This document shows, in pieces, positions 1 to 10,500 of a stretch of DNA of 64,000 nt. Source of the DNA: a virus. Lineage: Duplodnaviria; Heunggongvirae; Uroviricota; Caudoviricetes. Within the stretch, counting starts at the first letter, position 1, and every line of letters begins with the position of its first letter. A model generated the notes under the pieces. The model ran no database searches, had not been told where the DNA came from, and saw only the letters and a list, made by a program, of their open reading frames with translations. The stretch lies in IMG/VR virus record IMGVR_UViG_3300029610_000240; one strand, 5' to 3'. The translations under genes and the position numbers were made by a program.

Positions 1-2
1 AA

Positions 3-3000
3 GCAACAAAAAAAGTTGCCGATACGATCACAACGAATACGGAAGGATATGCAGAATCCAAAGAACTGGATCCGGGAACATATTATGTTCATCAGATCGA
101 AGGAACTCCAAACTATAAATTTAGTGAGGATTCCGCAGATATCAAGATCGAGAATGGAGATACAGGAAAATACAATCACAATGTTGTATTAAAGAACTAT
201 GGTTCCACAAAACTTCGTATCATCAAGAAGATGAGTAAGAATAAACGAAGCAAGGCAGAAGTTGGAGCTTCCTTTACGGTTCTGGATGCATCTTATACCA
301 AAGATATTGAAAAACAGGATCTTGGAAATGCACAAAAAAGAATCGACTATATCAATTCCCTGGACAAAAAAGCAATCCTTGGAGAGATCGTAACGAACAA
401 AGAGGGAAAAGCTGCCCTGATGTTAGACAAATACAGTAAGAAGAATGGATTTGTCGTTATTCAGACCATGGGAGCTGACGGATATGATCTGATGGGAATC
501 TACTATTCCAAAGATCATAACCCAAAGACGGAAAAAGGACAGGATGTTTATGAGATCGAGGCATCTGATCCATACTCTGATTCCGGATGGGTAGAAATCT
601 ACAAGCAAAAGAGAGTCGCAGCGGATGAATATGTACCAGAAGTCGGAGCGAAGTTTGAGTTAAAAGAAGCGGATGGACATGTCGTAGAAACACTGACGAT
701 CGGAAAGGACGGAAAAGCAAAGACCAGCGAAAAAGTAGCACTGGGAGCTTATATCCTGCATCAGGTAGCCGGTGAAAATGGCTGCACAAAAGAACAGGAT
801 AAGCATGACTGGATCGAAGATCAGGATATCGTCTTAACAAAAGACAACAAAAATAAGACTGTCAGCTATTCTTACGATGATAATGAAAAACCGATCGAAG
901 TAGAACTTGTCAAACAATCCTCTGAAACAAAAAAACTGTTAAACGGAGCTGTCTACAAAGTCTATGACAGTGAAAAGAATCAGGTGGCAACATTAACAAC
1001 AGGAACGACCTCTGACGGGAAAGCATCCTGCAGACTGCCATATGGAACTTATACGATCAAAGAAACAACTGCACCGGATGGTTACAATCTTGATACAGAA
1101 CAAAGAACCTTTACCTTAAGTGAAAAGTCTGACAGTATCAAGATCAAATATGACAATGCCGGAAACGGAAAAGCAACCTTAAACGAGACAGATACACCGG
1201 TCATGGGTTCGATCTCCTTACAGAAGAAAGGAGAGTATCTGACAGGGCATGATGGAGATGTAGGATTCACATATGAAGATGATAACATCAATGGAGCTGT
1301 TTACGGCTTGTTTGCCAAAGAAGATATCACAAAAGATGATGGAACCGTTGTATGGAAAGCGGGAACAAAGATCGATGAAAAGACAACAAGCAAAGACGGA
1401 CCAGTGATTTTCACAAGAACAGGCAGCGATGGAAAACAGACGACTAATTTCTATCAGGGCCACTATTATGTCAAAGAACTTTCCGGTCCAAACGGATATA
1501 CCATTGATAAAGAAGAGCATGAAGTCAATATCACATGGGATACGAAACCAGATGCTATGAACAATCTGAATAAAAACAATACAACGCCGGATGTGGAAGA
1601 TCCAATGGGAAGTGAAGATGCGAAACCATCAACAGGGATCTATGTTCTGGAAGAAGGCGAAACTTTAAACAAAGAATTTGCCAATGCAGAGACGATCACG
1701 TTTACATGGGAAAAGGCAGCAGACGGAGTCCAGACAAAAGACGTTTCCCAGAACAAGGACGGAAGTGTTGTTTTATGGAAAGATGGAAACAACTATTATG
1801 TATCCACACAGAGAGCCGGACAGGTCATCTACATGAACGCTGTATCAAGTAAGATGTTCTTAAACTGTACAGCACTGACAACGATCAAATTTAAAAACAT
1901 TGATACTTCACAGACCGTGGATATGTCTGAGATGTTTGCCGGATGCGGAGCATTAAAAGAACTCGACTTATCAAGTTTCAACACATCTAATGTGGAAGAT
2001 GTATCCAAAATGTTTTACGGATGTTCTGAACTAAAGACAACCTATACACAGGATCAGAAGTTACAGATCACGGATGATTACGTGGCAGCAAAAGGATTAC
2101 AGATCACAGCTTCTCCAAAAACAGACTTTATGTTAGGAGATAAATACAAAGCCAGTGATTTTGACTTCTCTATGCTCTATGATGATAATGGAGAGGAAAC
2201 ACTGGAAGATGTGACGGACGCAGATGTCAGCTTCAATCCAACCTATGCAGATATGTCTGGAAAACAGAAAGTTCAGATCAGCTTTAAGTCATCCAGTAAA
2301 TATGCAAAATACCAGACGATTGAAACAACAGTCAAAGTCATCGATCCTGATGATACGAGTGATGTATCCTTAGATACGGCAAAACATGTAAACATCGACC
2401 TGAACCTGACTGATAAGCTTCAGAAATACAGCATTCAGTTTATCAAAACAGACAACAAAGGAAATATGTTACCGGGTGCGAAGTTTGCATTAAAAGCAGC
2501 CTGTGAGATCGTGGACCGCAATGGAAAGACGATCTTTAAGAAAGGTGATACGATCGCAACAACTGTTTCCGGAGATGATCAGTTTGGTTATCTGGAATTC
2601 TTCGGACTGCCAACTGGTATTTATGCAAAAGACGGTGTTGGCAAAGAAATGTATACGGTGGAAGAGATCGAAGCACCACTTGGATATAATAAGTCCGATG
2701 AAAAGCTGACATTTGGCGGAGAAGTATTAAACAATACGGCTGCGGACTTTATCCATGACGTGGCATCCCAGGGAAATACCAATACCGATGAAACAACTTA
2801 CAAACATGATTCCAAGACAATTGTCAACACTCCATCAGATTATGTGCAGGTGAAGAAGTACTGGATTGATGATAACAACTCCATGAACACAAGACCTGTA
2901 TCAGTGACCATCAAAGCCGAAAATAAGAATACACATGAAGTGAAGACTTATGTTCTGAACAAAGATAACAACTGGGCAATGCAGACAGATATCAAGCGTG

Positions 3001-4673
3001 GTGAGGAAAAGAACTATACGTTTAGTGAAGTTTGTAATGCAGCAGGTTACACAAGAGTTAGTGAAGCAAGTGGCGATTGGGATGAAAAAACATATACTTT
3101 ATCTTATACAAACAAATATGATAAGAATGATAAAGTACGGATTGTTGTCAAGAAAAACTGGAATGACAGTAATAATAGTGATGGTATTCGCCCAGATTCT
3201 GTTGTTGTGAGAGTTTATCAAAATGGTACAGAAATAAATCATAAAACATTAGATGCGAGCAATAACTGGACTGCAGAATTTAATAACCTCAATAAGACTG
3301 ATCCTGTTGGAGAAGATTACGAATATGAAGTGAAAGAAGATTCATCCTCTGTTGTTAACGGAAATGCAAAAACAGGTTATGAAGTGGCATATGAAGTAAA
3401 GAAATCAACGGATAAATCTACAGGTATCACAACGATCTCAACAGATATCACAAACACACATAGTCCAGATTCAACGACCAAATCCATTCAGAAGAAATGG
3501 AGTGATAACAACGATTCCGATGGCATCCGCCCAGATTCTGTCAAGTTCAATCTTGTCGGAAACGGAAAAGTCGCAGATACCGTAACCTTGTCTGAAAAGA
3601 ATGGATGGAAAGCGACATCCAAGCTCGTTCCAAAGAAAGAAAATGGAAAAGCGATCACTTATACATGGCAGGAAGTACAAGAAGGTGTGGTCACAGGAGA
3701 GAGTCAGATCGGATATAAGGCAACTTATACAACCGATAAAGATGATCCTGATACAACGATCGCAACCAATACCCATACACCGGGAAGAGGAAAGGTAACG
3801 ATCACGAAAGAGATCGATCCATCTAACTTAAACATGGATATCGGAAGTGCGAAATTTACGTTTACACTGAAAGGAACCGATGCTTATGGAAAGAAACATA
3901 CGTACAAGGAAGAGGTTGAATTCAGCAAGGATGAAGTAGCAAAACAGTTAAAAGCTCATCCGGGAGAAAGGATCAAACTTTCTGCAACCTTCGATGATCT
4001 GATCTACGGTACTTATACATGCAGCGAGAGTGGTGGAGAGAAATACTTTAAGCTCCTGACACTTACATCTGACAGCACCAATGCAACGGTTGACCAGAGC
4101 AAAGGAACTGTAACATTTAAGATCGGACCAGAAGGAACTATGGGAAATGCGAAACTGACAGCAGATGCAACTTTCGTTAACCAGATGATCCGTGGATCCG
4201 TAAAATTAGTTAAGAAAGATTCCTCCGGAAAACGATTAAAAGGTGTGGAATTTACGATCGAAGATTCCGATGGAAACAAGATCGCCAGTGACACAACAAA
4301 CGAGAATGGAGAGATTAAGTTTGATGGATTACTGCCAGATAAGTATAAGATCACAGAGACAAAGACACAGAGCGGTAAGACACTGTTAAAAGAACCAATC
4401 GATGTAACGATCCCAATGACAGTGACACAAAGCGAAGTGAACGATCAAAATATCGATGTGAGCAATGCGATCAAGCAGGGAAATAACTATTATTTCTATC
4501 ACTTAACTTATGAGGTGAGCAATGATTCCACACTGAACCTGCCATCAACTGGTGGATTCAGTAATATCAAGACTTACCTTCCACTGATCGGTGGATTCGT
4601 ACTGATCTTAGCAGCAGGATTCTATTATCTGAAAAAGAAAAAGGGTATGAAAATCCTGAAGAAGAAAAAATAA
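3..4673 (+). CDS. LPXTG-anchored surface adhesin, 5'-partial (Cna-B/SpaA-type repeats plus BspA-type leucine-rich repeats)
   Basis: The frame is open from the window edge; there is no stop upstream of the listed Met at 231. Repeated isopeptide-domain-like modules: GTYTIKETTAPDGY, GHYYVKELSGPNGY, YTVEEIEAPLGY, DKYKITETKTQSG. LRR block: LNCTALTTIKF..FAGCGALKELDLSSFNTSNV. C-terminal LPSTGG, hydrophobic helix and KKKK tail. Confidence 0.85.
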   Translation, partial: ATKKVADTITTNTEGYAESKELDPGTYYVHQIEGTPNYKFSEDSADIKIENGDTGKYNHNVVLKNYGSTKLRIIKKMSKNKRSKAEVGASFTVLDASYTKDIEKQDLGNAQKRIDYINSLDKKAILGEIVTNKEGKAALMLDKYSKKNGFVVIQTMGADGYDLMGIYYSKDHNPKTEKGQDVYEIEASDPYSDSGWVEIYKQKRVAADEYVPEVGAKFELKEADGHVVETLTIGKDGKAKTSEKVALGAYILHQVAGENGCTKEQDKHDWIEDQDIVLTKDNKNKTVSYSYDDNEKPIEVELVKQSSETKKLLNGAVYKVYDSEKNQVATLTTGTTSDGKASCRLPYGTYTIKETTAPDGYNLDTEQRTFTLSEKSDSIKIKYDNAGNGKATLNETDTPVMGSISLQKKGEYLTGHDGDVGFTYEDDNINGAVYGLFAKEDITKDDGTVVWKAGTKIDEKTTSKDGPVIFTRTGSDGKQTTNFYQGHYYVKELSGPNGYTIDKEEHEVNITWDTKPDAMNNLNKNNTTPDVEDPMGSEDAKPSTGIYVLEEGETLNKEFANAETITFTWEKAADGVQTKDVSQNKDGSVVLWKDGNNYYVSTQRAGQVIYMNAVSSKMFLNCTALTTIKFKNIDTSQTVDMSEMFAGCGALKELDLSSFNTSNVEDVSKMFYGCSELKTTYTQDQKLQITDDYVAAKGLQITASPKTDFMLGDKYKASDFDFSMLYDDNGEETLEDVTDADVSFNPTYADMSGKQKVQISFKSSSKYAKYQTIETTVKVIDPDDTSDVSLDTAKHVNIDLNLTDKLQKYSIQFIKTDNKGNMLPGAKFALKAACEIVDRNGKTIFKKGDTIATTVSGDDQFGYLEFFGLPTGIYAKDGVGKEMYTVEEIEAPLGYNKSDEKLTFGGEVLNNTAADFIHDVASQGNTNTDETTYKHDSKTIVNTPSDYVQVKKYWIDDNNSMNTRPVSVTIKAENKNTHEVKTYVLNKDNNWAMQTDIKRGEEKNYTFSEVCNAAGYTRVSEASGDWDEKTYTLSYTNKYDKNDKVRIVVKKNWNDSNNSDGIRPDSVVVRVYQNGTEINHKTLDASNNWTAEFNNLNKTDPVGEDYEYEVKEDSSSVVNGNAKTGYEVAYEVKKSTDKSTGITTISTDITNTHSPDSTTKSIQKKWSDNNDSDGIRPDSVKFNLVGNGKVADTVTLSEKNGWKATSKLVPKKENGKAITYTWQEVQEGVVTGESQIGYKATYTTDKDDPDTTIATNTHTPGRGKVTITKEIDPSNLNMDIGSAKFTFTLKGTDAYGKKHTYKEEVEFSKDEVAKQLKAHPGERIKLSATFDDLIYGTYTCSESGGEKYFKLLTLTSDSTNATVDQSKGTVTFKIGPEGTMGNAKLTADATFVNQMIRGSVKLVKKDSSGKRLKGVEFTIEDSDGNKIASDTTNENGEIKFDGLLPDKYKITETKTQSGKTLLKEPIDVTIPMTVTQSEVNDQNIDVSNAIKQGNNYYFYHLTYEVSNDSTLNLPSTGGFSNIKTYLPLIGGFVLILAAGFYYLKKKKGMKILKKKK

Positions 4674-4740
4674 CAACCAATAATGATCTCACAGTCTTTG
4701 GGCTGTGGGATCGTTTCTGTAAAAAAAGGAGAAGAACAAG

Positions 4741-5031
4741 ATGGAAAAATGTTTCGATGAAAAGAAAATAGCAAAACTTACAGGAACCGCAGTACAGGAT
4801 GATGAAACATTTAAAGCAGAAGGTGGATTTGTTCCTGAAAGAGATCAGTTTTATTTTGAGATGAAGCAGGGAGATTATGTTTTTATGGTTGGATTTAAAG
4901 AGCTGCTGATATGTCTGCGACTACTTGAAAAGATGGATGAAATCCCAGAGATCGGTGAAAAATGGTGGCAGCAGATGGCAACACTTTATGGGAATGATAT
5001 TTATATGCTAAAATATGATGAAGCAAAATAA
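4741..5031 (+). CDS. hypothetical protein
   Basis: 96-aa ORF with the RBS-like AAGGAGAAG 8 nt upstream. No motif recognised. Confidence 0.5.
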   Translation: MEKCFDEKKIAKLTGTAVQDDETFKAEGGFVPERDQFYFEMKQGDYVFMVGFKELLICLRLLEKMDEIPEIGEKWWQQMATLYGNDIYMLKYDEAK

Positions 5032-5054
5032 AATCATATACAGGAGACGATGTC

Positions 5055-5174
5055 ATGAAAGAAATTAAGTTTGTCACAGGCGGATGGACTGATTATTTTC
5101 CACTTGCAGGAGGAATCATTCTGATTGTAGGAGGATTGTTTGTATATTACAGAAAGAAAAGGAGAAAGATGTGA
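5055..5174 (+). CDS. 39-aa mini-ORF resembling an orphan cell-wall sorting tail
   Basis: ATG at 5055 lies 6 nt after AGGAGA. Product: MKEIKFVTGGWTDYFPLAGGIILIVGGLFVYYRKKRRKM, i.e. TGG, hydrophobic helix and basic tail. Below the ORF-track size cut-off. Confidence 0.3.
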   Translation: MKEIKFVTGGWTDYFPLAGGIILIVGGLFVYYRKKRRKM

Positions 5175-5398
5175 AGAAAAACCAAGATGAAGAGATTAAT
5201 AAAGAAATTGTAAAATCAGTAATCAGTCGAGGAATCCCAGTTGAAAAGTTCTTTGAGCTTGGTGGAGAAATAATAAAGTTAGACCCAAGCCCTAACTCAA
5301 CACATGTTAATGTGTTTGAGATGGCAGGGATCGATCCAAAGAAAGTGGAAGAAAACACGAAACTGATTAATGACCTGATTAATTCTATGAAAGAATAA
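5171..5398 (+). CDS. hypothetical protein
   Basis: 75-aa ORF with a GTG start overlapping the previous stop (GTGA). No motif recognised. Confidence 0.4.
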   Translation: MKKNQDEEINKEIVKSVISRGIPVEKFFELGGEIIKLDPSPNSTHVNVFEMAGIDPKKVEENTKLINDLINSMKE

Positions 5399-5509
5399 CG
5401 AAAAGAGTCCAGATACACGAAAGAGATAAATCGAAAGACGGTACGCATGTTGATTGGTGGATATACGAGGAATCAGATCCTCAAAATTATTTTAAGGAGG
5501 TAAAAGAAA

Positions 5510-5920
5510 ATGAGTAATTTATATTTCAATAATGTAGAAAAAGTTGGCCAATTATATTTAGAATATGTTTTTTTTGAATTTGAAAGCGAGCCAATACTAT
5601 TTATATGCCACGATCAATTAAATCAAACATATCTTTGTTTATGTTCCGATATTCGATATGGCCAAAAATGGATAATTACTAAGTGTGATACGAAAATATT
5701 AAGGGCTTTAATTACTGCAGAAATTGATATTGTGACTGCCTTTTTAAAACATCAAAAAGCAATAGTTATAGATATGGATATGGAAGGAACGGAAAAAAGT
5801 TATGAAATAAATACCGAGGAAATTGATCCTTTAGATTTACCTAAACCTGGAACTTTTATTAGATGTAATAAGGAAAAAGCTCAAAATTATTTATTACAAT
5901 TGGAAACAAACTCTGAGTAG
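5510..5920 (+). CDS. hypothetical protein, paralogue of 5944..6417
   Basis: RBS AAGGAGG. Shares an N-terminal pattern with the next ORF: YLEYVFFEFESEPILFICHDQLNQTYLCLCSD versus YLDHILVDYEYVPIFLLCKDDECQYYLALCTN. Confidence 0.6.
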   Translation: MSNLYFNNVEKVGQLYLEYVFFEFESEPILFICHDQLNQTYLCLCSDIRYGQKWIITKCDTKILRALITAEIDIVTAFLKHQKAIVIDMDMEGTEKSYEINTEEIDPLDLPKPGTFIRCNKEKAQNYLLQLETNSE

Positions 5921-5943
5921 CTTTAGAATTATGGAGAATAAAA

Positions 5944-6417
5944 ATGAATAAAGAATTGTGTTTTATTTTGGAAAATAAAAATGTATATTTAGATCATATA
6001 TTAGTTGATTATGAATATGTTCCAATTTTTTTATTATGTAAAGACGATGAGTGTCAATATTATTTGGCATTATGTACGAATATAGAAAATGGAGAATATA
6101 TTGTTGTAAAGATATCTTTATTAAGTGTTTATAACTTATTACATGGAAATATTGCAATGAGGGATGTAATCTTAAATCAGAAAATGTTTTGGAAAGTTGT
6201 TTCTGGTGACGAAATAAAAAATGATATTATAAATCAATATCCAATTAATCATATAAATGATCAAGATTTACCAGAGAAGGATGTAAAGTTTAAAATCCTT
6301 CAGAAACATATAAAAGAGTATGTGCAAAAATTTGATAAAGAGTTTTTTGCATTGGAACAATATAATAAAGAAGAGTGGTGGAGAGAAATACTTCAAACTC
6401 TTAGCACTGACATCTGA
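5944..6417 (+). CDS. hypothetical protein, paralogue of 5510..5920
   Basis: Tandem paralogue. Its last ~15 codons run out of frame into the adhesin relic at 6373..6527. Confidence 0.6.
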   Translation: MNKELCFILENKNVYLDHILVDYEYVPIFLLCKDDECQYYLALCTNIENGEYIVVKISLLSVYNLLHGNIAMRDVILNQKMFWKVVSGDEIKNDIINQYPINHINDQDLPEKDVKFKILQKHIKEYVQKFDKEFFALEQYNKEEWWREILQTLSTDI

Positions 6418-6527
6418 CAGCACCAATGCAACCGTTGATCAGAGCAAAGGAATTGTGACGTTCAAGATTGGACCGGAAGAAACCAAGATTGCAAAAGATA
6501 CAACTAATGAAAACGGAGAAGTTAAGT
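6373..6527 (+). pseudogene. relic of a second adhesin copy
   Basis: 6373..6480 aligns by eye to 4028..4135 (GAGTGGTGGAGAGAAATACTT..). 6481..6527 aligns to about 4275..4322, so about 140 bp are deleted. The encoded SGGEKYFKLLALTSDSTNATVDQSKGIVTFKIGPE matches the adhesin C-terminal region. Confidence 0.75.
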
Positions 6528-6641
6528 TATGTAAGAGAAAATAAAACAAATAGAATTAAAAAACAATACATTGACAATGATTAATATAACCATAAATGCT
6601 GATTATGATCATATACATACATATGGCAAGGAGGATTTAAC

Positions 6642-6950
6642 ATGATAATACAATTAAAATCATTTACAAATGATGCAGCATCAAGAACAAAAGGATTACA
6701 GTTGAAAACAAAGTTGGAACATGCTATAAAAGAAGAAAGGAATATATCTGTTGATTTTGATGGTATTGACAAATTTGCTTCTCCATTTTTTAACAATAGC
6801 TTTTCTGCACTTGGAATTCAATATGGTTTTGAAATAATAGAAAAAATTGAATTATTAAATATTTCCGATAATGGCAAATTAGTATTTGATTCTTCAATAG
6901 AAAATGCAAAATTTTTAACAGACCATAATGATCAAAAAACTGATAAATAG
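6642..6950 (+). CDS. STAS-like (DUF4325-type) small protein
   Basis: 102 aa. The ISVDFDGIDKFASPFFNNSF pattern is typical of DUF4325/STAS-like domains, recalled from memory. RBS AAGGAGG. Confidence 0.45.
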   Translation: MIIQLKSFTNDAASRTKGLQLKTKLEHAIKEERNISVDFDGIDKFASPFFNNSFSALGIQYGFEIIEKIELLNISDNGKLVFDSSIENAKFLTDHNDQKTDK

Positions 6951-6997
6951 TTCTGTGGAAAGATAAACAAAATACCAGAAATTTAATTATCCTCCAG

Positions 6998-7025
6998 TCC
7001 AATTTCGGATTGGATGATTTTTTTT
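6998..7025 (+). terminator. rho-independent terminator
   Basis: TCCAAT-TTCGG-ATTGGA hairpin followed by TGATTTTTTTT. Confidence 0.6.
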
Positions 7026-7055
7026 GAACATTTTGATATATTGTAGCTGTATAAC

Positions 7056-7493
7056 TTGCAAACAGCTACATACTTGTGCTATAATAAAAGTATGAAAAGA
7101 GAATATAAAGTTACAAAAACAACAACATCACTGATCAAGTATCATTTCGTTTTTTGCCCAAAGTATCGAAGAAAGATATTTCTGATCCATGGGGTAGAAG
7201 AACGAATGAAAGAATTGACAAAGGAACAGTGTGAAAAGGATCAGATCGAGATTCTTGAGATGAAATGTGATGTGGATCATGTATATTTATATGTAAGAGC
7301 ATATCCACAGACAACAATAACAAGGATCATGGGGAGCATCAGAGAGTACACATCAAAAATATTAAGAAAGGAATTTAAAGAACTATCAAAAATGAGTTCT
7401 CTTTGGACTAGATCTTATTTTGTTAGCACAGAAGATTTTATTAGTCTGGATACGATCAAATGGTATGTTGAGCAGCAAAAAACTAGAGGGTAA
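7056..7493 (+). CDS. tnpA: IS200/IS605-family Y1 transposase TnpA with a variant HUH motif
   Basis: YHFVFCPKYRRKIF, DHVYLYV (HUH reads H-V-Y) and C-terminal WYVEQQ Tyr helix. Likely true start is the Met at 7092. An 8-bp hairpin GTAGCTGT..ACAGCTAC at 7043..7069 lies just upstream. Confidence 0.85.
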   Translation: MQTATYLCYNKSMKREYKVTKTTTSLIKYHFVFCPKYRRKIFLIHGVEERMKELTKEQCEKDQIEILEMKCDVDHVYLYVRAYPQTTITRIMGSIREYTSKILRKEFKELSKMSSLWTRSYFVSTEDFISLDTIKWYVEQQKTRG

Positions 7494-7512
7494 GTAAAAT
7501 TGGAGGTAGATT

Positions 7513-10500
7513 ATGAGTAAGGTAAAAAAAGGAAAACGAGTGGCAGCAGCTGCGATGGCTGTTGCGTTATCTATGGCTACGGTAACGACTGGTGTGTTAC
7601 CGAACACAACGGTTCATGTACATGCAGAAGAAGATGGAAGTGTATATAAAAAGATTGCTGATTCAAGCGTAGATGGATTCTATTACGAGCAAAATGTATG
7701 GGGATATGTACAATGTACAACAGACAAAACATTGGAATATTCTTCTTATGATGAAATGATAAAAAAACTTTCAGCAATTACAAAAAAAATCGTTCAGGAA
7801 AATGCTTATGATCGGTATAGTTTTAGTTTTCCTATAAAGATCAGTTCTGCTGCAAAGGATGAAAGATTTGAAAATGGTCAAGTTAATAAAGATTTAAAAA
7901 ATGAAATATATAAAGAAACAGGAGATCCAAAGGGTGGACATACAATGATTGCTATGGGCGGTGGATCGACACAAATTTATGATATAAGTTATTCTGAGTC
8001 TGAAAAAGCATATGTAGGTGAAGTATCTGGAAGTGGTGGATATGGAGAAAAACGAAATAGATATCAAGAAGCTACAAAGAAATTAGATGAAGTTATCAGA
8101 TCATTGAATCTTGATGGAAAATCTGATTATGATAAATTTAAAGCAGTCACGAATTGGATTGTTTCAAATGTGCGATATGACGATGATAATGAAACAAAAT
8201 ATCAGCACGACCTAACAGGAGCTGTCTTAGATGGATTGGCCGTTTGCGATGGATACGCAGGAACTTTTTATTATATGGCAAATGCAGTTGGATTAAATGC
8301 TTTGTTTGAGGATGGTATAGATAATGATAATAGAATTCGACATGCATGGAATCTGGTACAGATTGATGGAATTTACTATTATGCAGATCCTACAAATGCA
8401 TATTTTAAAGAGGATGGAGAACCAGGAAGTGAAGTATTATATGGACAGAAACACTTTTTTTCTCTGGACACACCAGACAGTACTACGATAGAAGATACCT
8501 ACAAAAATATATCACAGGATGACTACTTGAAAGAGCATTCTGTATGTAAAGGAAATCACAATCTTCGAGAAAATGGAGGAAAATCTGCTCAATGTACAAC
8601 ACCTGCTACAATACATTATGAATGTACAAACCCTGGCTGCCTATATGAATACGATGTAGAATCATCCCCAGCTTTAGGACATGCATGGGATGAAGGCAAA
8701 ATCACACAGGAACAATCCTGTGATAATCCAGAAATTACAACATATACATGTACCAGAAGTAATTGTAAAAAGAAGAAACAGGTAGAAACCAAACCCGCAC
8801 TTGGTCATACATGGGATGAAGGAAAGATCACAAAAGAAGCTACCTGTTCCGAAACAGGAGTTAAGACTTATACATGTAGTCGCTGCGGTGGAACAAAGAC
8901 TGAAGAGATCCCAAAAACAAAACATGACTATAAAGAGCATGTAGTAAAAGCTCCTACTTGCACAGAAAAAGGTGTTAGCTACTATGTATGTAAAAACTGT
9001 GGACTTACAACATCAAGACATCAGACACCTGCGACTGGGCATATCCATACAGAAGTACGGAATCAAAAGGATGCAACATATAAGGAAAATGGGTACACCG
9101 GAGATACTTACTGCAAAGATTGTGGTAAGAAACTGGAAACAGGAACCGTGATCCCAAAATTGGTAGAGAAAGAACATGATTACGGCGAATGGGTTCTTGA
9201 TCAGGCTCCAACGTGCAAAAAATACGGGGCAAGGCACAGAATCTGCAAGAACTGCGGAGATCGAGAGGTCGATGTGCTTGACAAGGTCGATCATTCATGG
9301 GAACTTGTCTCAACGACACCTGCTACATGCACCATTGGAGAAATCCAACATTATAAGTGCAGCGTTTGTGGAGAGACAAAAGATGTGACATTAAGTAATC
9401 CATTAGGAGAACATTCCTGGGATAACGGAAAGGTAACCAAAAAAGCTACCTGTACGGAAGATGGAGAAAAGACTTATACCTGTACTGTCTGCAATACGAC
9501 AAAAACGGAAGTCATTTCTGCTACCGGACATCAGCACAAAGAAGTGAGAAACGCAAAGAAAGCTACCTGTACCGAAGATGGTTATACAGGAGATACTTAC
9601 TGCAAGGACTGTGGAGAAAAGCTAGAAACAGGTTCTGTGATCAAAAAGCTTGGTCACACATGGGATAACGGAGTGATTACAAAAGAAGCAACAGAAACCG
9701 AGGAAGGTGTTAAGACTTATACTTGTAAAACATGTGGAGAAACAAAGACAGAGAGTATTCCAGTCACATCTCACCACTGGGATCAGGGAACGATCACAAA
9801 GAAAGCTACTTGTACAGAAAACGGAGAAAAGACGTACCGTTGTACGGATGCAGACTGTGATAAAACATATGTAGAGACAATTCCTGCCACTGGACATCAG
9901 CATACAGAAGTCCGTGATAAAAAGGATGCCACATGCGAGAAAGATGGTTACAGCGGAGATACCTACTGTAAAGATTGTGGTCAGCTGATCAGTAAAGGAG
10001 CAATAGTGAAAGCCACTGGACATTCTTGGGATGATGGAAAAGTGACCGAAGCAGCGACCTGCAAGAAAGAGGGAATAAAAACCTACACCTGCAAGAACTG
10101 TGGAGAGACAAAGACAGAATCCATTCCAAAAACAGAACATCAGTGGGATAACGGTAAGGTTACAAAAGAAGCTACCTGCAAAGAAGAAGGAAGCAAAACC
10201 TATACCTGCAGCATTTGTGGTGACACGAAAACAGAAGTAATTCCAAAGAAAGACCACACATGGGATGAAGGAAAGGTAACCAAAAAAGCAACCTGTACCG
10301 AAGATGGCTTAAAAGTCTACACTTGTAAGTCTTGTGGAGAAACCAAAGAAGAGGCACTAAAAGCAACAGGGCATCAGTATACAGAACTCCGCAATGAAAA
10401 GAAAGCGACCTGTACGGAAGAAGGTTACACAGGAGATACTTACTGTACCGACTGCGGCGAGCTGATCAAAAAAGGTTCTGCGACAGAAAAAGCCAATCAT

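Noticed and set aside
423-4354. Minus-strand and alternative-frame ORFs inside the adhesin gene (423..608, 457..840, 1082..1291, 1218..1520, 2503..2709, 2998..3210, 3471..3776, 3601..3798, 4013..4354)
   Set aside because: All are nested in a long, motif-rich plus-strand CDS. They have no RBS and odd composition, so they are shadow ORFs.
6320-6544. 74-aa ORF
   Set aside because: This frame reads through the adhesin relic and is a by-product of the pseudogene fragment, not an independent gene.
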